Assembly (NCBI GenBank): GCA_963817955.1
Contig: CAWFQK010000004.1
Span: 576,001 to 640,000 of the forward strand
Length of the DNA: 64,000 nucleotides
Origin: an uncultured Gemmatimonadaceae bacterium
Lineage (GTDB): Bacteria; Gemmatimonadota; Gemmatimonadetes; Gemmatimonadales; Gemmatimonadaceae
Reading direction: 5' to 3'
The translations under genes and the position numbers were made by a program. Positions 1-9,380 of the stretch are shown piece after piece (positions within the stretch are counted from its first letter, which is position 1; every line of letters starts with the position of its first letter). Below the pieces are notes generated by a model that was given only the letters and a program-made list of their open reading frames with translations, was not told the origin of the DNA and did not search any database.

Positions 1-485
1 TCGTGCGACGCGATCTGAAAGACGGAATCCGCCGACGTGTAGAGAATCCACGCACCCGCTAATTGGTGCTCCGGACCAAACCGGTCGATGATCGCGGTGC
101 CGCTCCCCACCACGTTGCCAATCACCGCACGGCCCGTGCGTTGCTCGAACTCTCGGACGACCTCGGGCGGAAAGCCCATCGGGAACGTGGGAAAGGGGCG
201 AACCAGATGCAGGCCGGCGATCTCCCAATGGCCGCTGGTGCTATCCTTCCCCGCCGACTGCGGGATCATCAAGCCCCAACCGCCGAGCGGCACCGGTACG
301 GGTCCCACGCCATTCAGCGGTGCAATGTTGCCGAGCCCGGCGCTCGCCAGGTTCGGCAGGTCGAGGGGGCCGAGGGCGCGTGAGATGTTGCCGAGAGTGT
401 CGCTCTCGGTGTCACCATAACACTCGGCATCGGGCGCCGCGCCAATGCCGACGCCGTCCAGAACGATCACTGCCGCACGACGCAT
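1..485 (-). CDS. deoB: Phosphopentomutase, N-terminal part (runs off the window edge)
   Basis: Manual translation from ATG at 485 gives MRRAAVIVLDGVGIGAAPDAECYGDTESDTLGNI...LPNLASAGLGNI. This is the typical phosphopentomutase N-terminus. The start overlaps the alr stop (TGATG). Not in the ORF track because it is truncated. Confidence 0.88.
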   Translation of the reverse strand, partial: MRRAAVIVLDGVGIGAAPDAECYGDTESDTLGNISRALGPLDLPNLASAGLGNIAPLNGVGPVPVPLGGWGLMIPQSAGKDSTSGHWEIAGLHLVRPFPTFPMGFPPEVVREFEQRTGRAVIGNVVGSGTAIIDRFGPEHQLAGAWILYTSADSVFQIASH

Positions 486-1564
486 CAGGTTTCTCCGCCG
501 AAGTAACGGCGCGCCAAACGTCCGCGCAGCCCGGTCAGAATCTCGTAGGGACTCATTTCGGCGAACTCGGCGAGCTCGGCGACATCGATTCGATCATCGA
601 CATCGGTTCCCATGAGCGTCGCGGCATCCCCGATCTCACACGGCACCATCGTCACGTCGACCATGGTCATGTCCATGGTCACTACGCCCGCGATGGGTGC
701 GCGACGCCCGTGCAACAACACACTGGCGCGATTCCCGAGGATACGACGATATCCGTCGGCGTATCCGATCGCCAGCGTCGCGATGCGCCGGTCGCCCGTC
801 GCACGCCACGTTCCGCCATAGCTCACCGTTTCGCCTGCGGCGACGGTTCGGATCTCGATCACCCTGGCGCGCAATGAGACGACCTGCTCGGTTTGGATCT
901 GCGGCGCATTGCCGCTGCTTATGCCGTACAGGAAGGCCCCAGGCCGAATGACACTCCATGGCGATGGGCTGCGATGTTCGACCGCGGGACTGTTTTCCGC
1001 GTGGATCATGGCGGGGCGCACTGGCAGCTGTGCCAGCGCGGCAGCGAAACGCTGTTCCTGCACATCGCGGGTCGCATCGTTCCGATCGGCAGAATGGAAA
1101 TGGGTGAACACTCCCTGCGGTGCGCCCTCGGCGATGATGTCGTGCAACGTTTGCACCGCGTCCCATGGAATGCCGGCACGGTTCATTCCGCTGTCGATCT
1201 CGAGCTGCCAGGGACGCCGGGTCTCCTGCCACCGCTGGATGGCATTGTGAGTTCCGAGCGTCGGCGTGAGATCCGCGCGGATAGCGGCATCGAAATCGCC
1301 GACCAGCAGCGGCGTAAAGACGATAATCGGGCGCTCGATACCGGCGCGCCGCAACTCCTCACCTTCGGGGATCGTAGCGACGCCATAGCCCCACGGCTCG
1401 AGCCGCTCGAGCGCGCGCACGACCGGCACGGCACCGAGCCCGTACGCGTCGGCCTTGACCATAGGCAAGAGCGGTACGCGGGCTTGCGCGGCAATAGCGG
1501 ATCCATTTCGTAACAACGCGCCAAGGTCGATATCGACCCAGGCGCGTCTCATCAAGCTATGCAT
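485..1564 (-). CDS. alr: Alanine racemase
   Basis: VKADAYGLG PLP-lysine motif, IDSGMNRAG, VSYGGTW, IGYADG, GVVTMD and SPYEILTGL. Confidence 0.96.
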   Translation of the reverse strand: MHSLMRRAWVDIDLGALLRNGSAIAAQARVPLLPMVKADAYGLGAVPVVRALERLEPWGYGVATIPEGEELRRAGIERPIIVFTPLLVGDFDAAIRADLTPTLGTHNAIQRWQETRRPWQLEIDSGMNRAGIPWDAVQTLHDIIAEGAPQGVFTHFHSADRNDATRDVQEQRFAAALAQLPVRPAMIHAENSPAVEHRSPSPWSVIRPGAFLYGISSGNAPQIQTEQVVSLRARVIEIRTVAAGETVSYGGTWRATGDRRIATLAIGYADGYRRILGNRASVLLHGRRAPIAGVVTMDMTMVDVTMVPCEIGDAATLMGTDVDDRIDVAELAEFAEMSPYEILTGLRGRLARRYFGGET

Positions 1565-1593
1565 TGACCGATCGATCGGAGGGCGGGTAGTAT
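1564..1593 (+). promoter_or_regulatory. Putative sigma70-type promoter for mazG
   Basis: TTGACC-N18-TAGTAT in the short divergent gap, followed by a GAGGAG ribosome-binding site before ATG 1612. Confidence 0.4.
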
Positions 1594-1611
1594 ACCGGAC
1601 CCGAGGAGGCT

Positions 1612-2394
1612 ATGCAAGCGAAATCATCACTTGAAGATACGCTCACGCTGATGCGCGATCTGCGCGCCCGGTGCGAGTGGGATGCGGCGCAAACTCATGA
1701 GTCACTGCGTCCGTATCTGGTGGAGGAAGCATACGAGGTGGATGACGCCATACGCGGTGGTAATGATACCCGCCTCCGCGAAGAGCTCGGCGACCTGCTT
1801 CTGCAGGTTCTCTTCCACTCGGTATTGGCGGAGGAGCGTGGCGCGTTCACAATGCAGGACGTGGCGGACGGGTTTATCACCAAGATGAAAGGCCGCCATC
1901 CGCACCTGTACGACGAAGGCGCGAAGCAGCCATGGGAGCAGATGAAGGCCAAGAAACGGGACAGCATCGTTGATGGCCTGCCGGCAGACCTTCCCGCGCT
2001 GCACCGTGCGTTTCGACTGCAGGATCGCGCCGCCGGCGTCGGCTTTGACTGGCCGGATGTCGAGGGGCCGATGGAAAAGGTGGAGGAGGAGCTACAGGAG
2101 GTGCGCGATGAGATGGCCGCCGATCCGCTCCCGCCGCCCGGATCTCCACCGAAATTCGATGCGCGCCACGCACGGCTCGAGGGTGAGCTTGGCGATCTCT
2201 TGTTCGCGGTGGTGAATCTCTGCCGCAAAGCAGGGGTGCATCCGGCGCTGGCGCTCGATACCACGAACGTGAAATTCGCGCGTCGGTTCGGTGCCGTTGA
2301 GCGTTTGGCGAGCGAACGTGGTCTCGCGATTGGCCAGGCATCGCTGCAGGAGCTGGATGCGCTGTGGGACGAGGTCAAGGGGGGCGAACTGTAG
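1612..2394 (+). CDS. mazG: Nucleoside triphosphate pyrophosphohydrolase MazG (two domains)
   Basis: CEWDAAQTHESLRPYLVEEAYE, EELGDLLLQVLFH, AAGVGFDW and ELGDLLFAVVN motifs. Confidence 0.95.
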   Translation: MQAKSSLEDTLTLMRDLRARCEWDAAQTHESLRPYLVEEAYEVDDAIRGGNDTRLREELGDLLLQVLFHSVLAEERGAFTMQDVADGFITKMKGRHPHLYDEGAKQPWEQMKAKKRDSIVDGLPADLPALHRAFRLQDRAAGVGFDWPDVEGPMEKVEEELQEVRDEMAADPLPPPGSPPKFDARHARLEGELGDLLFAVVNLCRKAGVHPALALDTTNVKFARRFGAVERLASERGLAIGQASLQELDALWDEVKGGEL

Positions 2395-2400
2395 GCGAAG

Positions 2401-2695
2401 CGCGGGTGCTGTGATCAGTGGTGAGTGGTCAGTGGTGAGTGGTGAGTGGTGAGTGGTGAGTGGTCAGTGGTCAGTTGTCAGTATACGGGTCATGTGCACC
2501 AGGGCGCCTGGATTGCAGGTCACTATCGCCGGTCGGCGAGGTTCGGGTGTCCAGTTGTGAGTCGTGAGTTGTGAGTTTTTAAAAACGCGCAACGCATCAC
2601 TCATCACTGGCAACTCGAAACTCGCCGACCGGTGGGCCGACCGCTACGGAGCAGCCAGCGACATCCAGCCAGAATTGGGCCCGGAGTCCAATCCA
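2401..2695. repeat. Intergenic composite repeat: 10 GTGGT(G/C)A-type heptamers (2411-2480) plus a 108-bp imperfect palindrome (2527-2634); homologous to 11217-11523
   Basis: Read directly. Arms 2527-2580 and 2581-2634 are near reverse complements centred on TTTTT/AAAAA. Both halves match blocks at 11235-11328 and 11365-11523. Confidence 0.85.
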
Positions 2696-2743
2696 CGCTG
2701 CGCCAACCGGTGCGAGAAGGCGCGCATGCTCGACAACCCGAAG

Positions 2744-2773
2744 CCGTGTCCCGTGTCCCGTGTCCCCCGTCCC
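2744..2773. repeat. (CCGTGTC)x3 heptamer array directly after the asnS stop
   Basis: ccgtgtc ccgtgtc ccgtgtc ccccgtccc abuts the asnS stop codon at 2774-2776. Confidence 0.8.
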
Positions 2774-4075
2774 TTACGGCCTCAACCGGTGCATCATCCG
2801 TGGGAACGCGGCCGCCTCGCGGATATGCTGTAGCCCGCAGACCCACGCCACCATGCGCTCGAGACCGAGTCCAAACCCGGCGTGCACAAAGGTGCCGTAC
2901 TTCCGCAGATCGAGGTACCAGCCATAGGCGTCGACCGGCAGGCCTTCCTCGTTGATACGATGCAGCAGCTTGTCGTAGTCGTCCTCGCGCTGTGATCCAC
3001 CGATGATCTCGCCGTACCCTTCCGGGGCCAGGCAGTCGTCACACAACACCGTGCGTGGGTCCTCGGGATTCTCCTTCATGTAGAAGGCCTTGGCACCCTT
3101 CGGGTAATTCATCACAAAGACAGGGCGATCGTAATCCGCAACGAGCAGCGATTCGTCTTCCGCACCGAGATCGTCGCCCCACTTGATCTCGCTGCCTTTC
3201 TTCTGGAGGATCTCCACTGCGTCGGTGTAGTTCACGCGATGGAAAGGCGTGGCGACGCGCTCGAGCGGCGCCGTGTCGCGCTCGAGTTCCTTGAGCTCCG
3301 CCGCGCAGCGCGCCAGACAGCGTTGCACGATGAATGACACGAAGTCTTCCTGCAGACGCATGTTGTCCACCGAGTCATTCCACGCGACTTCCGGCTCGAT
3401 CATCCAGAACTCCGTGAGATGCCGGCGTGTCTTCGACTTCTCGGCGCGGAAGGTCGGGCCGAACGTGTAGATCTTCCCGAACGCAGCGGCCGCAGCCTCT
3501 CCGTACAACTGCCCCGTCTGCGCGAGGTAGGCGTTCCCTTCCTCGAAGTACTCCGTGGAGAAGAGGCCGCTACGCTCGCCGATGGCCGCGGTCAGGATGG
3601 GCGTGTCGACCCGCAGGAATCCGCGCTCATAAAAGAAGTCGTGAATCGCCTGCTCGATCTCGTTGCGAATGACGAAGATGGCCCGCTGGCGGTTGCTGCG
3701 GAGCCAGAAGTGTCGATGGTCGAGCAGGAAGTCGATGCCATGTTCCTTAGGCTGGATGGGATAGTCGATCGGGCTCCGACCGATGATGGTGAGCCCAACC
3801 GCACCCATCTCGTACCCTCCCGGTGCCCGTGGCTCAGCCCGAACCTCGCCGGTCACGTGGACGGACGTCTCGAGCGTCAACTCCTGGAAACGCTCCCATA
3901 TCTCGGGCGGGAGTTGGGTCTTCACGAACACCGCTTGCATGATCCCCGTTCCGTCACGAATGACAGCGAACGCGACTTTGCCGGACGACCGGACGTGGGT
4001 GATCCATCCACGAACTGTGACGGTCTGTGCTACATGATACGGAAGTTCGGCGATACGCGGCGTAGTGTCAGGCAT
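2774..4075 (-). CDS. asnS: Asparagine--tRNA ligase
   Basis: OB-fold VTVRGW/RDGTG, LAQTGQLYGE, GPTFRAEKSKTRRHLTEFWMIEPE, GEIIGGSQRE and HAGFGLGLER. Start trimmed to ATG 4075 (MPDTTP). Confidence 0.95.
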   Translation of the reverse strand: MPDTTPRIAELPYHVAQTVTVRGWITHVRSSGKVAFAVIRDGTGIMQAVFVKTQLPPEIWERFQELTLETSVHVTGEVRAEPRAPGGYEMGAVGLTIIGRSPIDYPIQPKEHGIDFLLDHRHFWLRSNRQRAIFVIRNEIEQAIHDFFYERGFLRVDTPILTAAIGERSGLFSTEYFEEGNAYLAQTGQLYGEAAAAAFGKIYTFGPTFRAEKSKTRRHLTEFWMIEPEVAWNDSVDNMRLQEDFVSFIVQRCLARCAAELKELERDTAPLERVATPFHRVNYTDAVEILQKKGSEIKWGDDLGAEDESLLVADYDRPVFVMNYPKGAKAFYMKENPEDPRTVLCDDCLAPEGYGEIIGGSQREDDYDKLLHRINEEGLPVDAYGWYLDLRKYGTFVHAGFGLGLERMVAWVCGLQHIREAAAFPRMMHRLRP

Positions 4076-4228
4076 TGAGAGACTGGCGAAGTTGCTGGTG
4101 AGGCGGGTTAGAAGGCTACTCACGCCCAGGAACCGATGGTACCCCTTTCCGCGGCTGGAAAGCGGCGTCGTCCTTGCGGCGTTTTCCTTGCAATGCTCCA
4201 TCGTCACTAGAACGCCCCGCAAACCGAC

Positions 4229-5719
4229 ATGACCATCCGTTCGAGGCTGGCCGCCGGCCTCGTCACGATCGCGATCATCCTGATTGGCCCGCTTGTGTTC
4301 GCCATCCAGTCGCTGCAGAGACTGCATGGGGACGCCGTGGCCTTACGGGACAGGGAGTTCGCTGCCTCGCTCCTCGTTGGCCGATTGCGCGAGGGGCTGA
4401 ACGATCTGAGGCGCCAGGAGTTGGCCCTGTTGTTCTCAAAAGACGCCGCCACCCGCGACGCCATGGACCGGCAAGTCCTGCACGTCGCAGCCCTTGCCGA
4501 CTCGCTGAGTCACTTTCAGCTGCCGGCGTACGCGCGCGACATCCGCACCTCGGTGCAGACGATCGCCATCGTAGCCCCCTTCGAGTATCGTGCGGCGCTC
4601 GCCGACGACACGACGGTCGCCGATTCGTTGTCCAGCAAAGTGTTCGTGCCGGCGATGACTCACGCCGACTCGACGGTGGCGCGCGCCGAAGACGAGCTCC
4701 GCAGTCGCGCGTCGGAGCGCGTGGCCGACCAAGCACGGCGCATCATGCAAACCACGACCGCGTCGATCGTGGCGCTGTTCATGGCATTGCTGATCGCGGC
4801 CGCGATCGCGATCTGGCTCACCCGTTCCATCAGCCACCCTGTGCTCGATTTGCAGGCGGGCATGCGCGCGGTGGCTGACGGCGACCTCGAATACCGCGTG
4901 CGAGTCGCCCGCAACAACGCTGACGAGTTTGAGCAACTCGCCGACAGCTTCGAAGAAATGACCCGACAGCTCAGAGAGCTCGACAAGCTCAAGGCCGAGT
5001 TCGTCTCGGTTGCGTCACACGAGCTCAAGACGCCGATCAACGTCATCATCGGCTATCTCCAACTGCTCGAAGAGAACGTGTACGGTCCGCTGACGGCCAA
5101 GCAGCTCGACGTCCACAGGACGCTCATCGTGCAGGCCGACACCCTGTTGCGGTTGGTGAATCACCTCCTCGACGTCAGCCGGTTCGAGGCGGGGGGCGGG
5201 CGGATCGAGCCACGCACGGTCGTGCTCGACGACATGCTGTCCGAGCTCGAGAGCGCCTTCCACGTGCTGGCCGTGCAGCGCGAAATCAAGTTTCATGTCG
5301 AGCGGCGCGCCGGGCTGCCCGACCAGGTCTATTGGGACCTGGACCGGATGAACGAAATGCTGGGCAACCTGCTCTCCAACGCCTTCAAGTTCACGACGCG
5401 GAACGGTTCCATCGACCTGGTGTTCGAACCGGCGGACGACGGCGTGCACATTATCGTGCGCGACACGGGCGCGGGCATTCCGCCGGACCAGGTGGCGCGC
5501 GTGTTCGATAAATTCTATCAGGCAGACAATCAGTCGTCGGCACGTGCCGCCGGAACGGGCTTGGGATTGGCCATCGTGAAACAGATTGTGGACGCGCACG
5601 CAGGCACGATCACGTGCGAAAGCACGCAAGGAGTCGGGACGACATTCTCCATCACGCTTCCCACGCGCGTCACGCGGCGCTCCTCGCTGCAGCGCGCCAT
5701 TCCAGCGCACAGCGCGTGA
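4229..5719 (+). CDS. Membrane sensor histidine kinase (2 TM, HAMP, HisKA, HATPase)
   Basis: Two hydrophobic segments, a HAMP region, H-box SHELKTP, N-box NLLSNAFKF, G1 DTGAG, F-box VFDKFYQ and G2 GTGLGL. Confidence 0.93.
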   Translation: MTIRSRLAAGLVTIAIILIGPLVFAIQSLQRLHGDAVALRDREFAASLLVGRLREGLNDLRRQELALLFSKDAATRDAMDRQVLHVAALADSLSHFQLPAYARDIRTSVQTIAIVAPFEYRAALADDTTVADSLSSKVFVPAMTHADSTVARAEDELRSRASERVADQARRIMQTTTASIVALFMALLIAAAIAIWLTRSISHPVLDLQAGMRAVADGDLEYRVRVARNNADEFEQLADSFEEMTRQLRELDKLKAEFVSVASHELKTPINVIIGYLQLLEENVYGPLTAKQLDVHRTLIVQADTLLRLVNHLLDVSRFEAGGGRIEPRTVVLDDMLSELESAFHVLAVQREIKFHVERRAGLPDQVYWDLDRMNEMLGNLLSNAFKFTTRNGSIDLVFEPADDGVHIIVRDTGAGIPPDQVARVFDKFYQADNQSSARAAGTGLGLAIVKQIVDAHAGTITCESTQGVGTTFSITLPTRVTRRSSLQRAIPAHSA

Positions 5720-6342
5720 GTCGACTGAGTCGGGTGGCGAGCGCGGTGCTGGTGCTCGCGTCTGCGGGCTGCATCACCATTCAGACGCCCGCCTTCGTGG
5801 CGCCTGCCCCGGCACGCACCTGGCCGTCGACGCTCGCCGCCGCTCAAGGGCAGGCGACCGCTGGCAAGTTCGACGCGGCCGACAGCCTGCTGGCCAGCTT
5901 TGCCACACGCTACCCGGGCACCGGCGAAGCACTCGAGACCGCCTACTGGCGCGCGATGTTCAAGATGGATCCATCCAATCCACATGCATCGCTCGTCACA
6001 TCCATGGCACTGCTCGATGGGTACCTGGCCGATCCGCGGCAGCGTGCGCACGTGGCCGAGGCCACCACGGTGCGTCGTGCCGTAGCGCAGCTCGACGGGT
6101 TGACCAAGCTCGCGGCCAATGCGATGTCACAGGCGAGGAATGCGACCACAAGCGCCGTCGCGACTGCGGCCAAGCTGCAGCTGCTCGATGCGAAGGCTCA
6201 GACAGGGGACACGAAATCCGCAGCCGACGTGTCGGCCTCAGCGGACGCCGAGATCAAGCGGTTGAAGGACGAGCTCGCCAAGGCGAACGCCGAGCTCGAG
6301 CGGATTCGCAAGCGACTCGCGCAGCCGCCAGCCCGACCGTAG
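5716..6342 (+). CDS. Probable lipoprotein with a TPR-like helix pair and C-terminal coiled coil
   Basis: GTG start overlaps the kinase stop (GTGA). Signal peptide ends ...VLASAGC (imperfect lipobox). C-terminus IKRLKDELAKANAELERIRKRL looks like a coiled coil. Confidence 0.7.
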   Translation: MSRLSRVASAVLVLASAGCITIQTPAFVAPAPARTWPSTLAAAQGQATAGKFDAADSLLASFATRYPGTGEALETAYWRAMFKMDPSNPHASLVTSMALLDGYLADPRQRAHVAEATTVRRAVAQLDGLTKLAANAMSQARNATTSAVATAAKLQLLDAKAQTGDTKSAADVSASADAEIKRLKDELAKANAELERIRKRLAQPPARP

Positions 6343-6348
6343 CGGTAG

Positions 6349-8436
6349 TCACCCAACCCGAAACAACTCCAGCGATCGTGCGTATCGCTGGCCGAGCACA
6401 CGACGCAAGCCGGCGTGCTCGGGTCGCTCGAGCCCAGGGTCCCGCCCGAGCAACGCCGCCGCTGCAGCCTGTGCGTGTTCGTTGAGCACCTCGTCACGCA
6501 TCGGGTCCGCGATCCTGAACGTCGGCACGCCACTCTGCCGCTCCCCGAACAGATCGCCCATGCCACGCAAGCGCAGATCTGCACGCGCGATCTCGAACCC
6601 GTCTTCCGTGCTCGTAAATATTCGCAGGCGGTCCGCCGCCTCGGGGCTGACGTCGCCGAGCAGAATGCAGAATGCCTCATCGGCGCCGCGCCCGACGCGG
6701 CCGCGCAGTTGGTGCAGTTGCGAGAGGCCGAACCGCTCCGGGTGCTCGATGAGCATGACCGTGGCGTTCGGTACGTCGATGCCCACTTCGATGACGGTCG
6801 TCGCGACGAGCAGGTCTATGGTTCCGTCGCGAAACCGTCGCATGATATCATCGCGCTCGTCGCTCGGGATACGACCATGGAGCAACGCCACGCGTCGTGC
6901 GGTGAATGGCCCGGCCGCGAGCATCTCGTGCATGGTCGTCGCCGCCTTGAGGTCGGTCTTCTCCGACTCCTCGATCACGGGATAGACGATGTACGCCTGC
7001 CGTCCCAGCTCGAGCTGCCGATCGACGAACTGCAGCACGCGCGCCCGCGCCGATTCACGACGCAGGGCCGTGGTGATCGGCAGGCGCCCCGGCGGCCGCT
7101 CATCGAGGATGCTCAGATCGAGATCGCCGTAGAGCGTCAACGCGAGTGAGCGCGGGATGGGCGTCGCGGACATGAGCAGCACATCGGGTGCTTCGCCCTT
7201 GGCGCCGAGGGCCTTTCGCTGTTCGACACCAAAGCGATGTTGCTCGTCGATGGCGGCAAAGCCGAGCCGTCCGAAGACCGTTGCCTGCTGCACCAACGCG
7301 TGCGTGCCGACGACGAGGACGGGTTCACCACTCTCCAGGCGCGCGGCAACCGCCTTCCGCTCACGTGCCGGCAGACTACCGGTGAGCAGGATGGGCGTGA
7401 GCCCGAGCGGCTCCAGCAGCGCCGTCATGGTACGCGCGTGCTGTTCGGCGAGGAGCTCCGTCGGTGCCATGATGGCGGCCTGATACCCGTTCTCGATCGC
7501 CAGGAGCGCCGCAAACAACGCGACGATCGTCTTGCCCGAGCCAACATCGCCTTGCAGCAGGCGCTGCATGCGCCGGTTGCTGCACATGTCGACGAAGATC
7601 TCGCGGATCGAGCGCGCCTGCGCACCGGTGAGCTGGTACGGGAGACGCTCGCGCAGCGTGGACGTCAGCTCGCGTTTGTTGACGAACGTGATACCGGCGC
7701 GCTGATCGCGCGCCAACGTCCTGGCGCGCTGGTGCAGCAACTGCACGAAGAACAGCTCTTCGAACGCCAGCCGCGACCGCCCCGCCATTGCCTCGGCGAT
7801 CGACTCCGGGCGATGCACCATGCGGAGCGCGGCGCCCAACGGCGGCGTACCGGACCCGGCGAGCACATCGGGCGGCAGATACTCCGTGACGAGCGGCAGC
7901 AGCGCGTCGAGGTGGGCCTCGATGATCGAGCGAATGAGCTTGAACGAGAGTCCCTCAGTGGCGGGATACACCGACAAGACCCGTCCATGCGTCGTGGCGC
8001 TGTCGTCGTCGCCAAGATTGACGAACTCACGCGGCTGGAGCTGCCGGCCGTGGAAGAACCGGACGTTGCCGGTCACGAGCAGGACGTCCCCCGTCTTGAT
8101 GGTCCGGTCGAGGAAGGGCTGGCCGGGCCATGATACTTCCATCATTCCCGTTTCATCACGGAGCACAGCCTGGAAGATCCGGAGGCCCTTGCGGGTCGGC
8201 AGGACCCCTTTGGAGATGACCGTACCGATCACCGTGCCCTGCATGCCTGGCTCGAGTGTGTTGATCGGCGTGACCGTGCTCGCGTCCTCGTACCGGTGCG
8301 GGACGTGATAGAGCAGGTCACCAGCGGTCAGGATCCCGAGGCGTCGCAGCGCATCGGCACGGACCGGCCCGACGCCCTTGAGGTAGGTGGCTGGCGTGTC
8401 GAGGAACAGGCGCTGCGCCGACGCACGATCCGTCAC
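6349..8436 (-). CDS. recG: ATP-dependent DNA helicase RecG
   Basis: LQGDVGSGKT, DEQHRFG, SATPIPR, ERFGLSQLHQLRGRVGRG and DGFEIARADLRLRG. Confidence 0.97.
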   Translation of the reverse strand: MTDRASAQRLFLDTPATYLKGVGPVRADALRRLGILTAGDLLYHVPHRYEDASTVTPINTLEPGMQGTVIGTVISKGVLPTRKGLRIFQAVLRDETGMMEVSWPGQPFLDRTIKTGDVLLVTGNVRFFHGRQLQPREFVNLGDDDSATTHGRVLSVYPATEGLSFKLIRSIIEAHLDALLPLVTEYLPPDVLAGSGTPPLGAALRMVHRPESIAEAMAGRSRLAFEELFFVQLLHQRARTLARDQRAGITFVNKRELTSTLRERLPYQLTGAQARSIREIFVDMCSNRRMQRLLQGDVGSGKTIVALFAALLAIENGYQAAIMAPTELLAEQHARTMTALLEPLGLTPILLTGSLPARERKAVAARLESGEPVLVVGTHALVQQATVFGRLGFAAIDEQHRFGVEQRKALGAKGEAPDVLLMSATPIPRSLALTLYGDLDLSILDERPPGRLPITTALRRESARARVLQFVDRQLELGRQAYIVYPVIEESEKTDLKAATTMHEMLAAGPFTARRVALLHGRIPSDERDDIMRRFRDGTIDLLVATTVIEVGIDVPNATVMLIEHPERFGLSQLHQLRGRVGRGADEAFCILLGDVSPEAADRLRIFTSTEDGFEIARADLRLRGMGDLFGERQSGVPTFRIADPMRDEVLNEHAQAAAAALLGRDPGLERPEHAGLRRVLGQRYARSLELFRVG

Positions 8437-9365
8437 GCTTCGCTCAACAGCTCCCGCGCGAACGCCATCGGGTCGAAGGAAACGAGATCGGCGGCGGATT
8501 CTCCCACGCCAAGGAGCTTCACGGGCACATCGATCGCCTCGTGGACGGCCACCACCACACCGCCACGCGCTGTGCCGTCGAGCTTCGTGACGACGAGCCC
8601 CGACACCGGCACCGCCGCGGCGAAGATCTTGGCCTGCTGCACGGCGTTCTGCCCGATGGTGCCGTCGAGCACGAGCAGTGTCTCGTGCGGCGCGCCCGGC
8701 AGTCGCTTGGCGATGACGCGCGCGACCTTCTTCAGTTCCTCCATCAGTCCTTCGCTGGTATGCAGCCGGCCAGCCGTGTCGACGATCAATACGTTCACGC
8801 CCCGGGCGATCGCGGTGTCGATGGCGTCGAACGCCACCGCCGCGGGATCGGTGCCGGCCTTGGCTCCCACGAACTCGGCACCCGTGCGCTCCGACCAGAC
8901 GCGGAGTTGATCGATGGCGCCCGCACGAAACGTGTCGCCGGCAACCACCATCACGCGCTGCTTCTCAGCGCGAAAACGCTCGCTCAGTTTGCCGATCAAC
9001 GTCGTCTTCCCGGCGCCGTTCACGCCAACGACGAGAATGACGGTCGGCGCTCTAGCCGCGACCGCCAGCGCGGGATCGCTCTTGCCAGCTCGTAACGCCG
9101 ACTCGATCCCCTCGGCCAACGCCGCGTGGAACTCCTGTTGGGTCTTGACGAGACCGCGCTTGGCGCGGCGCTCCACCTCTTCGATCAAACGCAAGGTCAC
9201 AGGCACGCCGAAGTCGGCTTCGAGCAGCACTTGCTCGAGCTGTTCCAGCGAACCAGGGGACACTCCGCCGCGTGCCAACACCGCGACGTCCATCAACGCG
9301 ACGTCTTTGATGCGCTGCCAGAGAGAGCGCTTGGGAACGTCGCCGGTCTTACGCAGTAACCGCAT
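8433..9365 (-). CDS. ftsY: Signal recognition particle receptor FtsY
   Basis: GVNGAGKTT, DTFRAGA, DTAGRLHT, TKLDGTARGG and GVGE. Start may be 9365 or 9374. Confidence 0.95.
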   Translation of the reverse strand: MRLLRKTGDVPKRSLWQRIKDVALMDVAVLARGGVSPGSLEQLEQVLLEADFGVPVTLRLIEEVERRAKRGLVKTQQEFHAALAEGIESALRAGKSDPALAVAARAPTVILVVGVNGAGKTTLIGKLSERFRAEKQRVMVVAGDTFRAGAIDQLRVWSERTGAEFVGAKAGTDPAAVAFDAIDTAIARGVNVLIVDTAGRLHTSEGLMEELKKVARVIAKRLPGAPHETLLVLDGTIGQNAVQQAKIFAAAVPVSGLVVTKLDGTARGGVVVAVHEAIDVPVKLLGVGESAADLVSFDPMAFARELLSEA

Positions 9366-9380
9366 GATCCTCACGTTGGT

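Noticed and set aside
1612..2394. MazG as part of a toxin-antitoxin or anti-phage system
   Set aside because: Two-domain housekeeping type with no mazEF or defence genes adjacent.
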